Source: Candidatus Doudnabacteria bacterium
GTDB lineage: Bacteria > Patescibacteriota > JAQUNI01
DNA length: 64,000 nt
Direction of reading: 5' to 3'
Assembly (NCBI GenBank): GCA_041644975.1
Contig: JBAZQX010000006.1
Span: 9,761-73,760 of the forward strand
The notes under the pieces were generated by a model, which made no database searches, was not told the origin of the DNA, and was given only the letters and a program-made list of their open reading frames with translations. Position 1 is the first letter of the stretch; each line of letters begins with the position of its first letter. Of the stretch, positions 12,290-21,104 are shown piece by piece. A program made the translations under genes and the position numbers.

Positions 12290-13813
12290 ATGCTTGAAAC
12301 TTCCTTTCAATTATTCCAAAAACAACAAAAATATCTGGAGAAGATGCAGAAAGAGCGACCGGATTTGTTTGAAGTGGACAAGTTGTTTAGGGAGGAAGAA
12401 GTCCTCCCGCAAATTGGGATCACTACCCTAGACCCCAAACGACCCGAAGGTTTTCTGCGTCTTTATCCCCAAGATTTTATTGTTGAAGAAATCCAAAAGG
12501 ATGGAAGTTTGAGCCAAATTGAACCGAAAGACAATGTGCCCGAAAAACCTAAAGAAGAAAAATTTACCCTCTATGCCGATCTGGTTAAAGTAGGAATCTC
12601 TACTTTGGAAGTTGTAAGCCGTCTAGCCAAAGCCTTGGAAATAACACCGAATAAAATCGGGTACGCGGGAATCAAAGATGCCCAAGCGCTATCCAGTCAA
12701 AGAATCGCTCTGCCTAAAATTGGATATGAAAAAGTAAACCCCGTTAGAGAACTTCATTCTCTAACGGTTCCCGCTAACGGTGGCATTAAACCACCGTCAG
12801 CGTCTATATCTTCCCCACCACCGACTTCGTCGGTGGCTTTCTCTAACGGGGTAAAGGATTTAAAGTTAGAGGGGTTTTTTTTAAACAATTTTTTCTATGG
12901 TCGGGGGACAGTAGAGGTTGGAAGCCTGCTTGGCAACCGTTTTACCATCTTCGTCCGCACCGAGAAACGTTTTCCGCGCGAAGAATTAAAAAATAAATTA
13001 GCGGCTATAAAAGAAAAGGGGTTCTTAAACTATTACCAAACCCAACGCTTTGGCGGCGCGAGAATGTTAAGCCACATTCTGGGAAAGTTAATCTTGCAAA
13101 AAAAATATGAGGAGACGGTAAAAACATTCCTCACCACGCCCAGCGATTATAACATTAAACTAATCAAAGCCGTGCGCGCTCGAGCCGCGGAAAATTATGG
13201 CAATTGGAAACGAATGCGGGAAATATTAAATCATCTGCCTTACAACTTTCAGAATGAAATAAAAATATTGGAATATTTGGAAAAATATCCCAGCAATTTC
13301 ATTGGCGCCTTAATCGCCCTCCAAGACCAAACCCAACTTTGGGTCTATGCCTACGCGAGCCTCTTATTTAACGAATATTTATCCTGGGCGACTGAAAATA
13401 ATGAAACCATTCCCCGCGATATCCCTTTGCTTTTAAGCCCTGATTATCAAGACCAAAATTTCTACCGCGTTCTCCTTGACCGCGACGGAATTCGTGATTT
13501 GCAAGAAGCCTTGCGGCCTTTTAAATTTATTCCGATCAAAAGACGTTTTAACCCCGCCTTAATTTTCCTTAAAAACATTCTTGCCAAATCTCTGATGAGT
13601 GGCGTTATCATCAGCTTCTCCTTGGATAAGGGCGCCTATGCCACAACATTCTTAATGAATCTCTTTAAACTGCGCCAGGGTTTGCCCATTCCCGCATGGC
13701 TTAATCGCGATCAGATTGACAGTAAAAAGATCCTGGAAATCGGCACTTGTGAACCGGCTTGCGAGAGATTAAAAGAATATATTTTTTCGGTGTTGGATTA
13801 TGAGAAAGAGTAA
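12290..13813 (+). CDS. truD: tRNA pseudouridine(13) synthase TruD carrying an in-frame repeat insertion
   Basis: YPQDFIVEE N-terminal motif, GIKDAQA catalytic Asp region, NYYQTQRFG motif; 507 aa is long for TruD because of the 12736-12852 element. Confidence 0.8.
   Translation: MLETSFQLFQKQQKYLEKMQKERPDLFEVDKLFREEEVLPQIGITTLDPKRPEGFLRLYPQDFIVEEIQKDGSLSQIEPKDNVPEKPKEEKFTLYADLVKVGISTLEVVSRLAKALEITPNKIGYAGIKDAQALSSQRIALPKIGYEKVNPVRELHSLTVPANGGIKPPSASISSPPPTSSVAFSNGVKDLKLEGFFLNNFFYGRGTVEVGSLLGNRFTIFVRTEKRFPREELKNKLAAIKEKGFLNYYQTQRFGGARMLSHILGKLILQKKYEETVKTFLTTPSDYNIKLIKAVRARAAENYGNWKRMREILNHLPYNFQNEIKILEYLEKYPSNFIGALIALQDQTQLWVYAYASLLFNEYLSWATENNETIPRDIPLLLSPDYQDQNFYRVLLDRDGIRDLQEALRPFKFIPIKRRFNPALIFLKNILAKSLMSGVIISFSLDKGAYATTFLMNLFKLRQGLPIPAWLNRDQIDSKKILEIGTCEPACERLKEYIFSVLDYEKE
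12736..12852 (+). mobile_element. family A MITE-like element inside the truD ORF (in frame)
   Basis: aaaccccgttagagaacttcattctctaacgg ... ccaccaccgacttcgtcggtggctttctctaacgggg; near-identical to intergenic copies at 63700-63838 and 57066-57234. Confidence 0.7.
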
Positions 13814-13947
13814 TTGGTAATTAGTAATTGGTAATCAGTAATTGGGGATTAAAAAGGTTGGCTCCATAGTCCCCGAGTGAAGCGAAGGGCTGTGGAGCCA
13901 AGATGCAAGCCTTCATAAATCTCTATATTCACTTTAAAAAAAATATC

Positions 13948-13993
13948 CCGGCTAAAGTAAAGGATATTTTTTAATATCTCCTTTCTTGCCGGG
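13948..13993. terminator. possible bidirectional terminator hairpin between truD and the convergent gene
   Basis: cccggc ... gccggg stem enclosing an inner aaggatatttttt hairpin, between two convergent gene ends. Confidence 0.3.
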
Positions 13994-13999
13994 ATTTGA

Positions 14000-14602
14000 T
14001 TAGATAACATCCATCCTATACGTGTTTGGATGGTCATCTGGGATAACGACTTGCCATGCTGCAGGTGAACTATCCGGAGCAGCAAGGTTGATAGTGTCTA
14101 ATCTATACTGCCCTTTACTAGGGTCTTCCGAATCACTATAGCGGAAGTTGGCCCAGATTACTGCATCATTGAAACGCATCTTAAGAATTCTTTGTACCTG
14201 ATCCGGAACTGCAACCTCTTCTCCACTAATGCTGAAGTTGAGAAACAATACCGGACCCTTACCTGGAACATCCTGCCAATGCCCGCTAACATACTTTAGA
14301 CCAAGGGATTTTAATTGGGGGAGCAGTTTTGTAATTCTGATTCCCTTGTATTCACCTTTCGACACTACGCAGTATCCAGTATCACCTTTTGGACGGTATG
14401 CCTGGAAGTCCAACCCTCTCTTCTCTGCCTCTGTGGCACGTTTTGCATAAATTCCTTCTTCGTCGCGCTCCTTCTTCTCAAGACCAAGCTGACTCACTTT
14501 GACCCCTTTCAGCGCCATGATTTTGATAATAACAGTCTGTCTGGATTTCGTGAGAATGGTCTGTCTCTTCTGTTCTTCCGTTCTATCCACTACTTGTCCC
14601 AT
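14000..14602 (-). CDS. hypothetical protein
   Basis: Start chosen at ATG 14602 (MGQVVDR), preceded by AAGGAG at -8; the longer listed ORF begins inside the promoter/leader. Confidence 0.5.
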   Translation of the reverse strand: MGQVVDRTEEQKRQTILTKSRQTVIIKIMALKGVKVSQLGLEKKERDEEGIYAKRATEAEKRGLDFQAYRPKGDTGYCVVSKGEYKGIRITKLLPQLKSLGLKYVSGHWQDVPGKGPVLFLNFSISGEEVAVPDQVQRILKMRFNDAVIWANFRYSDSEDPSKGQYRLDTINLAAPDSSPAAWQVVIPDDHPNTYRMDVI

Positions 14603-14683
14603 TTTTTGTCTCCTTATTTGGCTTTCGCCTATTCGGGTTTTGAACTGAAATATAAAAGAACCCAATAAATTCTACGAAGCTAC

Positions 14684-14712
14684 ATTATAGCATATCTGCC
14701 TGAAAAAGTCAA
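14684..14712 (-). promoter_or_regulatory. sigma70-type promoter (TTGACT-17-TATAAT), copy 1
   Basis: Minus-strand reading ttgactttttcaggcagatatgctataat; part of a ~105-bp cassette duplicated at 15620-15745. Confidence 0.6.
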
Positions 14713-14731
14713 TAGTTGGGCATCTATTGTA

Positions 14732-14760
14732 CCATTTTGGCTTAAATAAGCCCAAAATGG
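14732..14760. promoter_or_regulatory. 30-bp palindromic operator-like site upstream of the promoter
   Basis: ccattttggctta-aat-taagcccaaaatgg; 13-bp arms with one bulge, centred ~35 bp upstream of the -35. Confidence 0.45.
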
Positions 14761-14766
14761 CTATTT

Positions 14767-15516
14767 TTAACCCAGACAATCCACGATAAAGGCATATTGA
14801 TCCCAAAAGAGCTTATTTGCTTCAAACTCCTCTGAAGTTTGCCTTTTATCTGGAAACGGCGGCGATACAAACCCAGCATAAACAGTATTAAACCGAGGAG
14901 CTGGCTGGTTATTGTACCATCGCAGGACAACAATCAACTGATCAATTCCAGGTACAGGAATACCTCTGATTTTATTAACCTCATATAGGTCATTTGCCCC
15001 TCTTTGCTCTCTGAAAACTAGACGAGAATTTTGGGAGGTAATTTTAACCACTGGGCATTCCCCGATCTTCTGACTCACAGGGATTCCTTCTGTCTTTTTT
15101 ATACCTTCATCTATCTGCAAGGCAAAAGTGCAATCTTTACATCCTGACTTGACGATCCAATAATATTCCTCTGACGCGGTGATGATTCTTAATGAATATT
15201 TTTTCGCAAATGCGAACACCAACCGCGGAGAAGCAAGCGCAGGAATTCCGCCGGTGAAGTTTGAACCAGCCGTATTAAGTTGCTGGTCAATTAGCTCATC
15301 GGTAATCACAATCTCCCTGCCCCGAAACATAATCTTCTGTCCTACTAAAAGATTGCGCTCTTCTGGGGACAAAGACGAAAAATGCTTCAAAAGATAAAAC
15401 CAGTTGCTGGGGTCATCTTGAAGCATTTTAATATGCTCGGGATTAACCCTCTCTCCCTTGTCACCAAAAAACTTAACCCCATCTATTTCTACATAGCCTT
15501 TCTCCCAGCTTTGCAT
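14767..15516 (-). CDS. hypothetical protein
   Basis: 249 aa; GAAGGAGG Shine-Dalgarno 8 nt upstream of ATG; second copy of the promoter cassette upstream. Confidence 0.5.
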   Translation of the reverse strand: MQSWEKGYVEIDGVKFFGDKGERVNPEHIKMLQDDPSNWFYLLKHFSSLSPEERNLLVGQKIMFRGREIVITDELIDQQLNTAGSNFTGGIPALASPRLVFAFAKKYSLRIITASEEYYWIVKSGCKDCTFALQIDEGIKKTEGIPVSQKIGECPVVKITSQNSRLVFREQRGANDLYEVNKIRGIPVPGIDQLIVVLRWYNNQPAPRFNTVYAGFVSPPFPDKRQTSEEFEANKLFWDQYAFIVDCLG

Positions 15517-15645
15517 CTCTTATCCCTCCTTCTATAAACATTTTTTTTAAACTCTCGTTGGTTCAAGTCTCCTGACTTGAACCAAACATTTCTACAGCCC
15601 TACTAAATAATCAAAAGACCAAATTTTCTTTAATCTACGAAACTA

Positions 15646-15674
15646 CATTATAGCATATCTACCTAAAAAAGTCA
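15646..15674 (-). promoter_or_regulatory. sigma70-type promoter (TTGACT-17-TATAAT), copy 2
   Basis: Minus-strand ttgactttttttaggtagatatgctataat; degenerate copy of the palindrome at 15697-15727. Confidence 0.55.
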
Positions 15675-15856
15675 ATAGCTTTAACATCCCCAATACGCTA
15701 TTTTGGCTAAGATAAGCCAAGAATGGCTATTTCTAACCCTAAATTTTACCCCTTTACCTCTTGAAGGGAGGGGTGGGTTATTTGTAGAGACGCAAAGTTT
15801 TGTGTCTCTCCTCTAAAAGAAAAAAGAGACCGCTTGTAAAAAGGTCTCTAGAGAGA

Positions 15857-16390
15857 TTAAACATAACCATAATACCCTACCAGCAGATCTCGCAGGAGTT
15901 GACGTCCTCTGTGCAACCTAGACATAACTGTTCCTATGGGACAATTGAGGATCTTCGCGATCTCCTTATATGTATATCCCCACAGATCCGAGAGGATAAT
16001 CGCTTCACGACAATATTCCGGAAGCGCTTTGATAGCTGATGAAACTTCATCATCAAACATATCATATAAAACTTCATCTTCCGGCGTCTCTTTATTAATC
16101 AGCTCACCCTCCCTTTCCGCCTTGTTTACATCCACCTTTTCGGGTTCTCTTCCTTGCTCACGATAACTATTAATAAATAAATTCTGCAAAATTTTGCCCA
16201 GCCACGCCTTCACATTCGTCCCTTTCTTAAATTTATCAAAGAACTGCCAAGCCCTGAGAAAGGTCTCCTGCGTCAAATCCTCGGCGTCTGTCTCGTTTCT
16301 CGCCATTCGCAGAGCATTCTGATAGATATAATCCATCCAAGGCAGGATGAGCTCTGCAGACTTATCTAGCGTTAAAGTGTTATCAGCCAT
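15857..16390 (-). CDS. RNA polymerase sigma factor, ECF (sigma-70 family group 4)
   Basis: 177 aa; region 2 (ETFLRAWQ) and region 4 HTH (YKEIAKILNCPIGTVMSRLHRGRQLL). Confidence 0.85.
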   Translation of the reverse strand: MADNTLTLDKSAELILPWMDYIYQNALRMARNETDAEDLTQETFLRAWQFFDKFKKGTNVKAWLGKILQNLFINSYREQGREPEKVDVNKAEREGELINKETPEDEVLYDMFDDEVSSAIKALPEYCREAIILSDLWGYTYKEIAKILNCPIGTVMSRLHRGRQLLRDLLVGYYGYV

Positions 16391-16529
16391 CTTTTTCCCT
16401 CCCTTACTCCAGTAAAATCAATAGCTTCATGATGGTCATATATTCTCGCTCACTTCCAAAGCGGCTAAGAATACCAAAATATTCCTATTTTGTCAAAGTA
16501 AAAAAAGAGCCAAGGAACTCATAGCTCTT

Positions 16530-16805
16530 TTAAAAAATCCATTTCCTTAAAAAATAGATCACTGGCGAATAAAGCGCTAGCGCGACCATAAGCACAATAA
16601 AGGTTTGATAGAGACGATGATGCGCCGCTCTATCCGAGTAAAGGCGCAAGGTGTTGCGAACAGTGTGCTTTATCCACCAACTGCCAGCATATAAAGAGAG
16701 AATCAGCCCAGCGTATTTTACGCTGTATATAATCAAGCGCGCGCATATTGCCGGCAGTTCATTAAAAAAAAGAACGAATGAGAACAAAATAATTTTCTTC
16801 TTCAA
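16530..16805 (-). CDS. small membrane protein (hypothetical)
   Basis: 91 aa, two or three hydrophobic helices. Confidence 0.3.
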   Translation of the reverse strand: MKKKIILFSFVLFFNELPAICARLIIYSVKYAGLILSLYAGSWWIKHTVRNTLRLYSDRAAHHRLYQTFIVLMVALALYSPVIYFLRKWIF

Positions 16806-16925
16806 AACAAAAGACCCTCCTGTCTGAAAAATTGACTCTTGATACTATTATATAACTTTTTGCTGGATAAAAAACCACCCTGCCGCGCAAAGCCTGTCAA
16901 TATGAAATAGATTTTTATAAACTCG

Positions 16926-16997
16926 TACCGCCACGGGGATTTGAACCCCGGTTACTGGGCTGAGAACCCAGTGTCCTAACCACTAGACGATAGCGGC
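16926..16997 (-). tRNA. tRNA-Glu (anticodon CUC)
   Basis: GCCGCTA acceptor, 3-bp D-stem, anticodon stem CTGGG/CCCAG with loop TTCTCAG, T-loop TTCAAAT; no encoded CCA. Confidence 0.8.
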
Positions 16998-17034
16998 AAA
17001 TCTAATTAAAAGTTTAAAATGAAAAATTAAAAAT

Positions 17035-17069
17035 TATCATCGCTTTGCGAGATCTCGCGAAGCGAGACA
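17035..17069. repeat. family E GC palindrome (tcgctttgcgagatctcgcgaagcga) with flanking tgtaaaat AT-repeats
   Basis: Copies at 17035, 18511, 28728, 33701, each beside (cattttacatt)n tracts. Confidence 0.6.
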
Positions 17070-17135
17070 ACTCAAAATTTAAAATTGAATAATTTTGAAT
17101 TTTACATTGCAATTTTACATTTTACATTTTTAATT

Positions 17136-18500
17136 TTACATTTTCCTCGTCCATTCCTCATTCTGCCTCACCAAAAGCTCCCGCGCGCGCAGAGGCTCCA
17201 GCATAATATCTTTCACGATTTTCTCCATCCGCATTGCCTGCGAACCCTTCACAAGAATAATATCATTGGGTTTTAAAATATTCTCAATATCCTCCAAAAC
17301 CTCGTCGGTGTAATTATATTCAACGATTCTCTCTTCCGACATTCCAGCCCGCCGCGCTTCATCCGAAGCAAAATTCGCTCGGTCGCCGACCGTGATTAAA
17401 AGGTCAGCCATTGAACGGGCAACCCGCCCCACCTCTCTGTGACCCGCTTCTGTTTCTTGCCCGAGCTCCAGCATATCGCCCAAAATTGCCACTCTTCTCC
17501 TTCCGGTGGGCGCAACTTCCGCTAATGCGCGCAAAGCGGCAATCGTAGAGACAGGCGCGGCATTATAAGTATCGTCAATAATCAAACTATTTTTGATCCC
17601 AGGGAGCATGCGCATTCTGCCCGGCGGCGCTTGAAAATGTTTCAGGCTTTCCGAAATCTTAATCAAATTCATTTTAAAATAAATCCCAACGGCGGCGGCG
17701 GCGAGCGCGGCGTAAATCTGATGCCGACCCAAAACTTTTGGCAAATGCACCGGCACACTATTGCCTTTGTAATTTAATTTAAAGCCTAACCCCCCTTGAT
17801 TAGAAATTACACGAATATCTGAAGCCACTATTTCTTCTCGCAAGGGTCTTTCCTCATCCTTTAAAAGACCATATTTTAGAATCGGCGACCGACCCTTCAT
17901 TTCCGCCACGCGGGGATCGTCTCGGTTCAAAACAACAAGACCATCAGCCGCGACTCCCTTGACCAACTTTTCCTTCTCGTCCCGAATCGCTTCCATGGAC
18001 GCAAAAAATTCCAGATGCGAAGGACCAACTGCAGTGACTACGGCAACGTCAGGCCGCGCGATATTCACCAAATAACTAATATCTCCAGGTCTATCCGCGG
18101 CCATTTCTAAAACTAAAATTTCCGGATAATTTTTGGTCTTGCTTAAAACGAGCCTCAAAGCCTGTCCCAAAACATTAAACCAAGCGCCGATGTTCCTCGC
18201 GGGCGCTTTCACGCCAATAATGGCGAATGGCACTCCCAATTCATTATTATAATTCTCCGCGCTTTTGCGCACCCGTCCGGGAAAGGCGGCAGCAAGGACT
18301 GTATAGATGGCGTCTTTGGTGGAGGTCTTGCCCACGCTGCCAGTAACCGCCACAATTTTGGGGCGGTGTTTTTTCAAAATTTTCCGAGCAGATAAAGCGA
18401 GAATTTTTTGAAGAAAAATTTTCATAACTTTAATGCAAAATTGAAAAATCAATCTTTCGACTGTGCTCAAGATTGATGGTGAGCAAAGTCGAACCATCAA
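17136..18500 (-). CDS. murF: UDP-N-acetylmuramoyl-tripeptide--D-alanyl-D-alanine ligase MurF (short N-terminal domain)
   Basis: Mur ligase P-loop VAVTGSVGKTSTKD and C-terminal domain; position in the dcw cluster; true start may be the internal M at ~18423. Confidence 0.75.
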   Translation of the reverse strand: MMVRLCSPSILSTVERLIFQFCIKVMKIFLQKILALSARKILKKHRPKIVAVTGSVGKTSTKDAIYTVLAAAFPGRVRKSAENYNNELGVPFAIIGVKAPARNIGAWFNVLGQALRLVLSKTKNYPEILVLEMAADRPGDISYLVNIARPDVAVVTAVGPSHLEFFASMEAIRDEKEKLVKGVAADGLVVLNRDDPRVAEMKGRSPILKYGLLKDEERPLREEIVASDIRVISNQGGLGFKLNYKGNSVPVHLPKVLGRHQIYAALAAAAVGIYFKMNLIKISESLKHFQAPPGRMRMLPGIKNSLIIDDTYNAAPVSTIAALRALAEVAPTGRRRVAILGDMLELGQETEAGHREVGRVARSMADLLITVGDRANFASDEARRAGMSEERIVEYNYTDEVLEDIENILKPNDIILVKGSQAMRMEKIVKDIMLEPLRARELLVRQNEEWTRKM

Positions 18501-18510
18501 AATGCAAAAT

Positions 18511-18748
18511 GATCATCGCTTCGCGAGATCTCGTCTGAAGATCTGGCGTAGCCATGACAGGCGAGATAGTGCAAAATCACAAAATGAAATTAAGGTTTTT
18601 GGGAATTCGCCATCTATGGTTTCAAGAATCTTGATCCATAACAAACCATAGTTTCTAAAGAATAAATCCTGAATTCCCAACAATAAAGAATAATTTTAAC
18701 ATTTTACATTGTCATTTTAATTTTTGATATTTACATTTTACATTTTTA
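18511..18748. mobile_element. ~240-bp composite repeat element K (copy 1)
   Basis: gatcatcgcttcgcgagatctcg ... tttgggaattcgccatctatggttt ... aattcccaa ... cattttacattttacattt; fills the murF-ftsI intergenic region; second copy at 33701-33960. Confidence 0.55.
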
Positions 18749-20509
18749 TTATTCTGACGGCGGTATTTGGTAGTAGTTCACCAAAAATTGGACCAACTCT
18801 TTGAAAACAGGCGCCGCGGTGTTCACGCCGTCTGCCTGAAAATTCGGCCCTGATTTTGGATTATCAAATTTCACTAAAATTAAAAATTTGGGATCTTCAA
18901 TCGGACCATAGCCGATAAAAGAAGTAATCACTTTTTCCGGATCATAACCCCTTTCACTTTTCAACGGCACCTGCGCTGTTCCCGTTTTGCCTGCCAAATG
19001 ATATCCAGGCACTCTTCCGGTCTTAGCATAACCGTTATCCACGGAACTGACAAGCATTGCTGAAATAGTGGCGGCGGTCCCTGGTTTTAACGCTTGCCGC
19101 ACAATTTTAGCGGGAATCTTTTCCCGCGTCTCGGTGCCGTCGGGATTATAATGAATAATCTCTTTGACAATATGCGGGGTAACCAAATTCCCATTCCCCG
19201 CCATTGCCGCTGTCGCGTTGGCAAGTTCAATAGGCGTAACGGCAATCCCTTGGCCATAGCCAATCGTTGCTAGATTGGATTCCCGCCAAAGCTGGGGGTT
19301 ATTTAGTTCTGTGTTCGCCTCGCTGTCCAAATCAATGCCGCTCAACTCATTAAAACCAAGTTTGAGAAGACCATTATACAGCTTTTCCGCTCCTAAATGT
19401 TCGTTCACAAACACCATTCCCGTGTTAATGGATTTCTCCAGAACATTAGTCATTGTTTGCACGCCGTAACTTTTATTGTCATAGTTATGAATGGTGTAGC
19501 CGCCTATATTGGCCGCGCCCGTATCAGTATAAGTTGTGCCTGGAGCGACCACGCCTTCATCCAGCGCGACGGCCATACAAATTGGTTTAAAGGCCGAGCC
19601 TGGCTCATAATGTTCAAAAATTGCCGCATTGTTAAAAATATTAATGTCTTTAACCTCCGCATATTTATTATTATCGTATGTCGGATAATTAGCCATTACC
19701 AAGATCTCCCCGTCTTGGGGATTCATCACAATAATAGAAGCGGAATCCGCGCCCCATTTCTCCGTTGCGCTTTTTAACTCGGCTTCCGCCTTATATTGGA
19801 TGGCGCGATCCAGAGTGAGAATTAAATCATCACCATTTACCGCGGGTTTAATTTCCTTTTTCCCAATGGAGATCCAACGCCCAGCCACATCCCTCTCGGC
19901 TTCTAAATGACCCGATTTTCCCGCTAACCTCTGCTCGTAATAGCCTTCCACGCCATAACGACCTTTTCTTTGGTCGCCATCATACCCGACGAATCCCAAA
20001 ATATGAGCCGCGAGCCCACCTTCTGGATAGATGCGCCAGGACTCCCTGGTAAAGCCAACTCCCTTTAAATCTAACTTTTTGATCTCTTCTACCTTTTCAT
20101 CTGTAACTTTATTTTTCAAAGGTTCATATAAATCGTCTTCTTTAGAGACACGCTCCAGAATAACCTTTTCATCTATTTCTAAAATAGGAGCGAGCTTCTT
20201 GGCAAAATCATCAGGATTTTTAATTTGCTTAGGAACAGCGTAAACCAAATTTAATTTTTGATTGGAAGCAAGAGGATAGAGGGCGTCTGAATATTTGTCT
20301 TGAACAAAAATCTGGCCCCGTTCCGGAGTAAGACTGGCCACGACTTGATGTTGATCTTGCGCCAAAGCCACATAAAAACTGTGATTTACCACTTGCACCA
20401 CAAAAAGACGGAAGATGATTAAACCCATAATTAAAAAAACAACCGCAAGCAGAATATCTATGCGAATGTCATGTCTTTTGTGATGCTTTTTATTTTTGCG
20501 ATAGGACAA
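18749..20509 (-). CDS. ftsI: peptidoglycan D,D-transpeptidase FtsI / PBP2 family
   Basis: N-terminal membrane anchor, dimerisation domain and transpeptidase domain; position in the dcw cluster. Confidence 0.9.
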   Translation of the reverse strand: MSYRKNKKHHKRHDIRIDILLAVVFLIMGLIIFRLFVVQVVNHSFYVALAQDQHQVVASLTPERGQIFVQDKYSDALYPLASNQKLNLVYAVPKQIKNPDDFAKKLAPILEIDEKVILERVSKEDDLYEPLKNKVTDEKVEEIKKLDLKGVGFTRESWRIYPEGGLAAHILGFVGYDGDQRKGRYGVEGYYEQRLAGKSGHLEAERDVAGRWISIGKKEIKPAVNGDDLILTLDRAIQYKAEAELKSATEKWGADSASIIVMNPQDGEILVMANYPTYDNNKYAEVKDINIFNNAAIFEHYEPGSAFKPICMAVALDEGVVAPGTTYTDTGAANIGGYTIHNYDNKSYGVQTMTNVLEKSINTGMVFVNEHLGAEKLYNGLLKLGFNELSGIDLDSEANTELNNPQLWRESNLATIGYGQGIAVTPIELANATAAMAGNGNLVTPHIVKEIIHYNPDGTETREKIPAKIVRQALKPGTAATISAMLVSSVDNGYAKTGRVPGYHLAGKTGTAQVPLKSERGYDPEKVITSFIGYGPIEDPKFLILVKFDNPKSGPNFQADGVNTAAPVFKELVQFLVNYYQIPPSE

Positions 20510-20569
20510 AGTTTTAAAAATCTATTATTCAATTGCTCTATTGTTGAAAGTATTAAAAAATTATTCAAT

Positions 20570-20632
20570 AAACCCCGTTAGAGAACCTCGTTCTCTAACC
20601 CCGTTTAAAAATTTATTTCTAACGGGGTAAAC
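20570..20632. mobile_element. family A MITE-like element (short form)
   Basis: aaaccccgttagagaacctcgttctctaaccccgtttaaaaatttatttctaacggggtaaac. Confidence 0.65.
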
Positions 20633-20700
20633 AATTAAGCAATTAAACAATAAATCTTAATGTTATGTATTATGTGTTATGTGTTTTATGTTTCAGACTT

Positions 20701-21069
20701 TTAATTTCCTTTCAAAGCTACAACCGTGCCTTCGGGGGAAATATAAACAACCTTCTGAAGCGGCACCATATTTAATTTTTTTACCCCCTCTTCCACATTC
20801 CGCACGGATTGCAACTCTGCCGCGCGTAATTCTAATTCACGATTCTTTTCTTTTAAGTTATCAAGTCTATCTTCTAAATCTTTAATCTCATAGCCCTTCG
20901 TCGCGATTTGATTGGCTTGAGTGAGGTAAAAAAGACTTATGAAACACAAAAGAATAATCGTCACAAAACACAAAGTAACCGGCCCAATTTTGATCTTCCC
21001 CCTAATTGCTTTTTTTCTTTTTCCTCTTTGAATATCACCGCTCTTTGAAAGTGTGAGAAAACGCGCCAT
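20701..21069 (-). CDS. ftsL: cell division protein FtsL/DivIC-like
   Basis: 122 aa; basic N-terminus, single TM, coiled-coil; sits between rsmH and ftsI. Confidence 0.6.
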   Translation of the reverse strand: MARFLTLSKSGDIQRGKRKKAIRGKIKIGPVTLCFVTIILLCFISLFYLTQANQIATKGYEIKDLEDRLDNLKEKNRELELRAAELQSVRNVEEGVKKLNMVPLQKVVYISPEGTVVALKGN

Positions 21070-21104
21070 TTTCAGATCTTGACTGATCCCCCTTTTCCCT
21101 TTGA

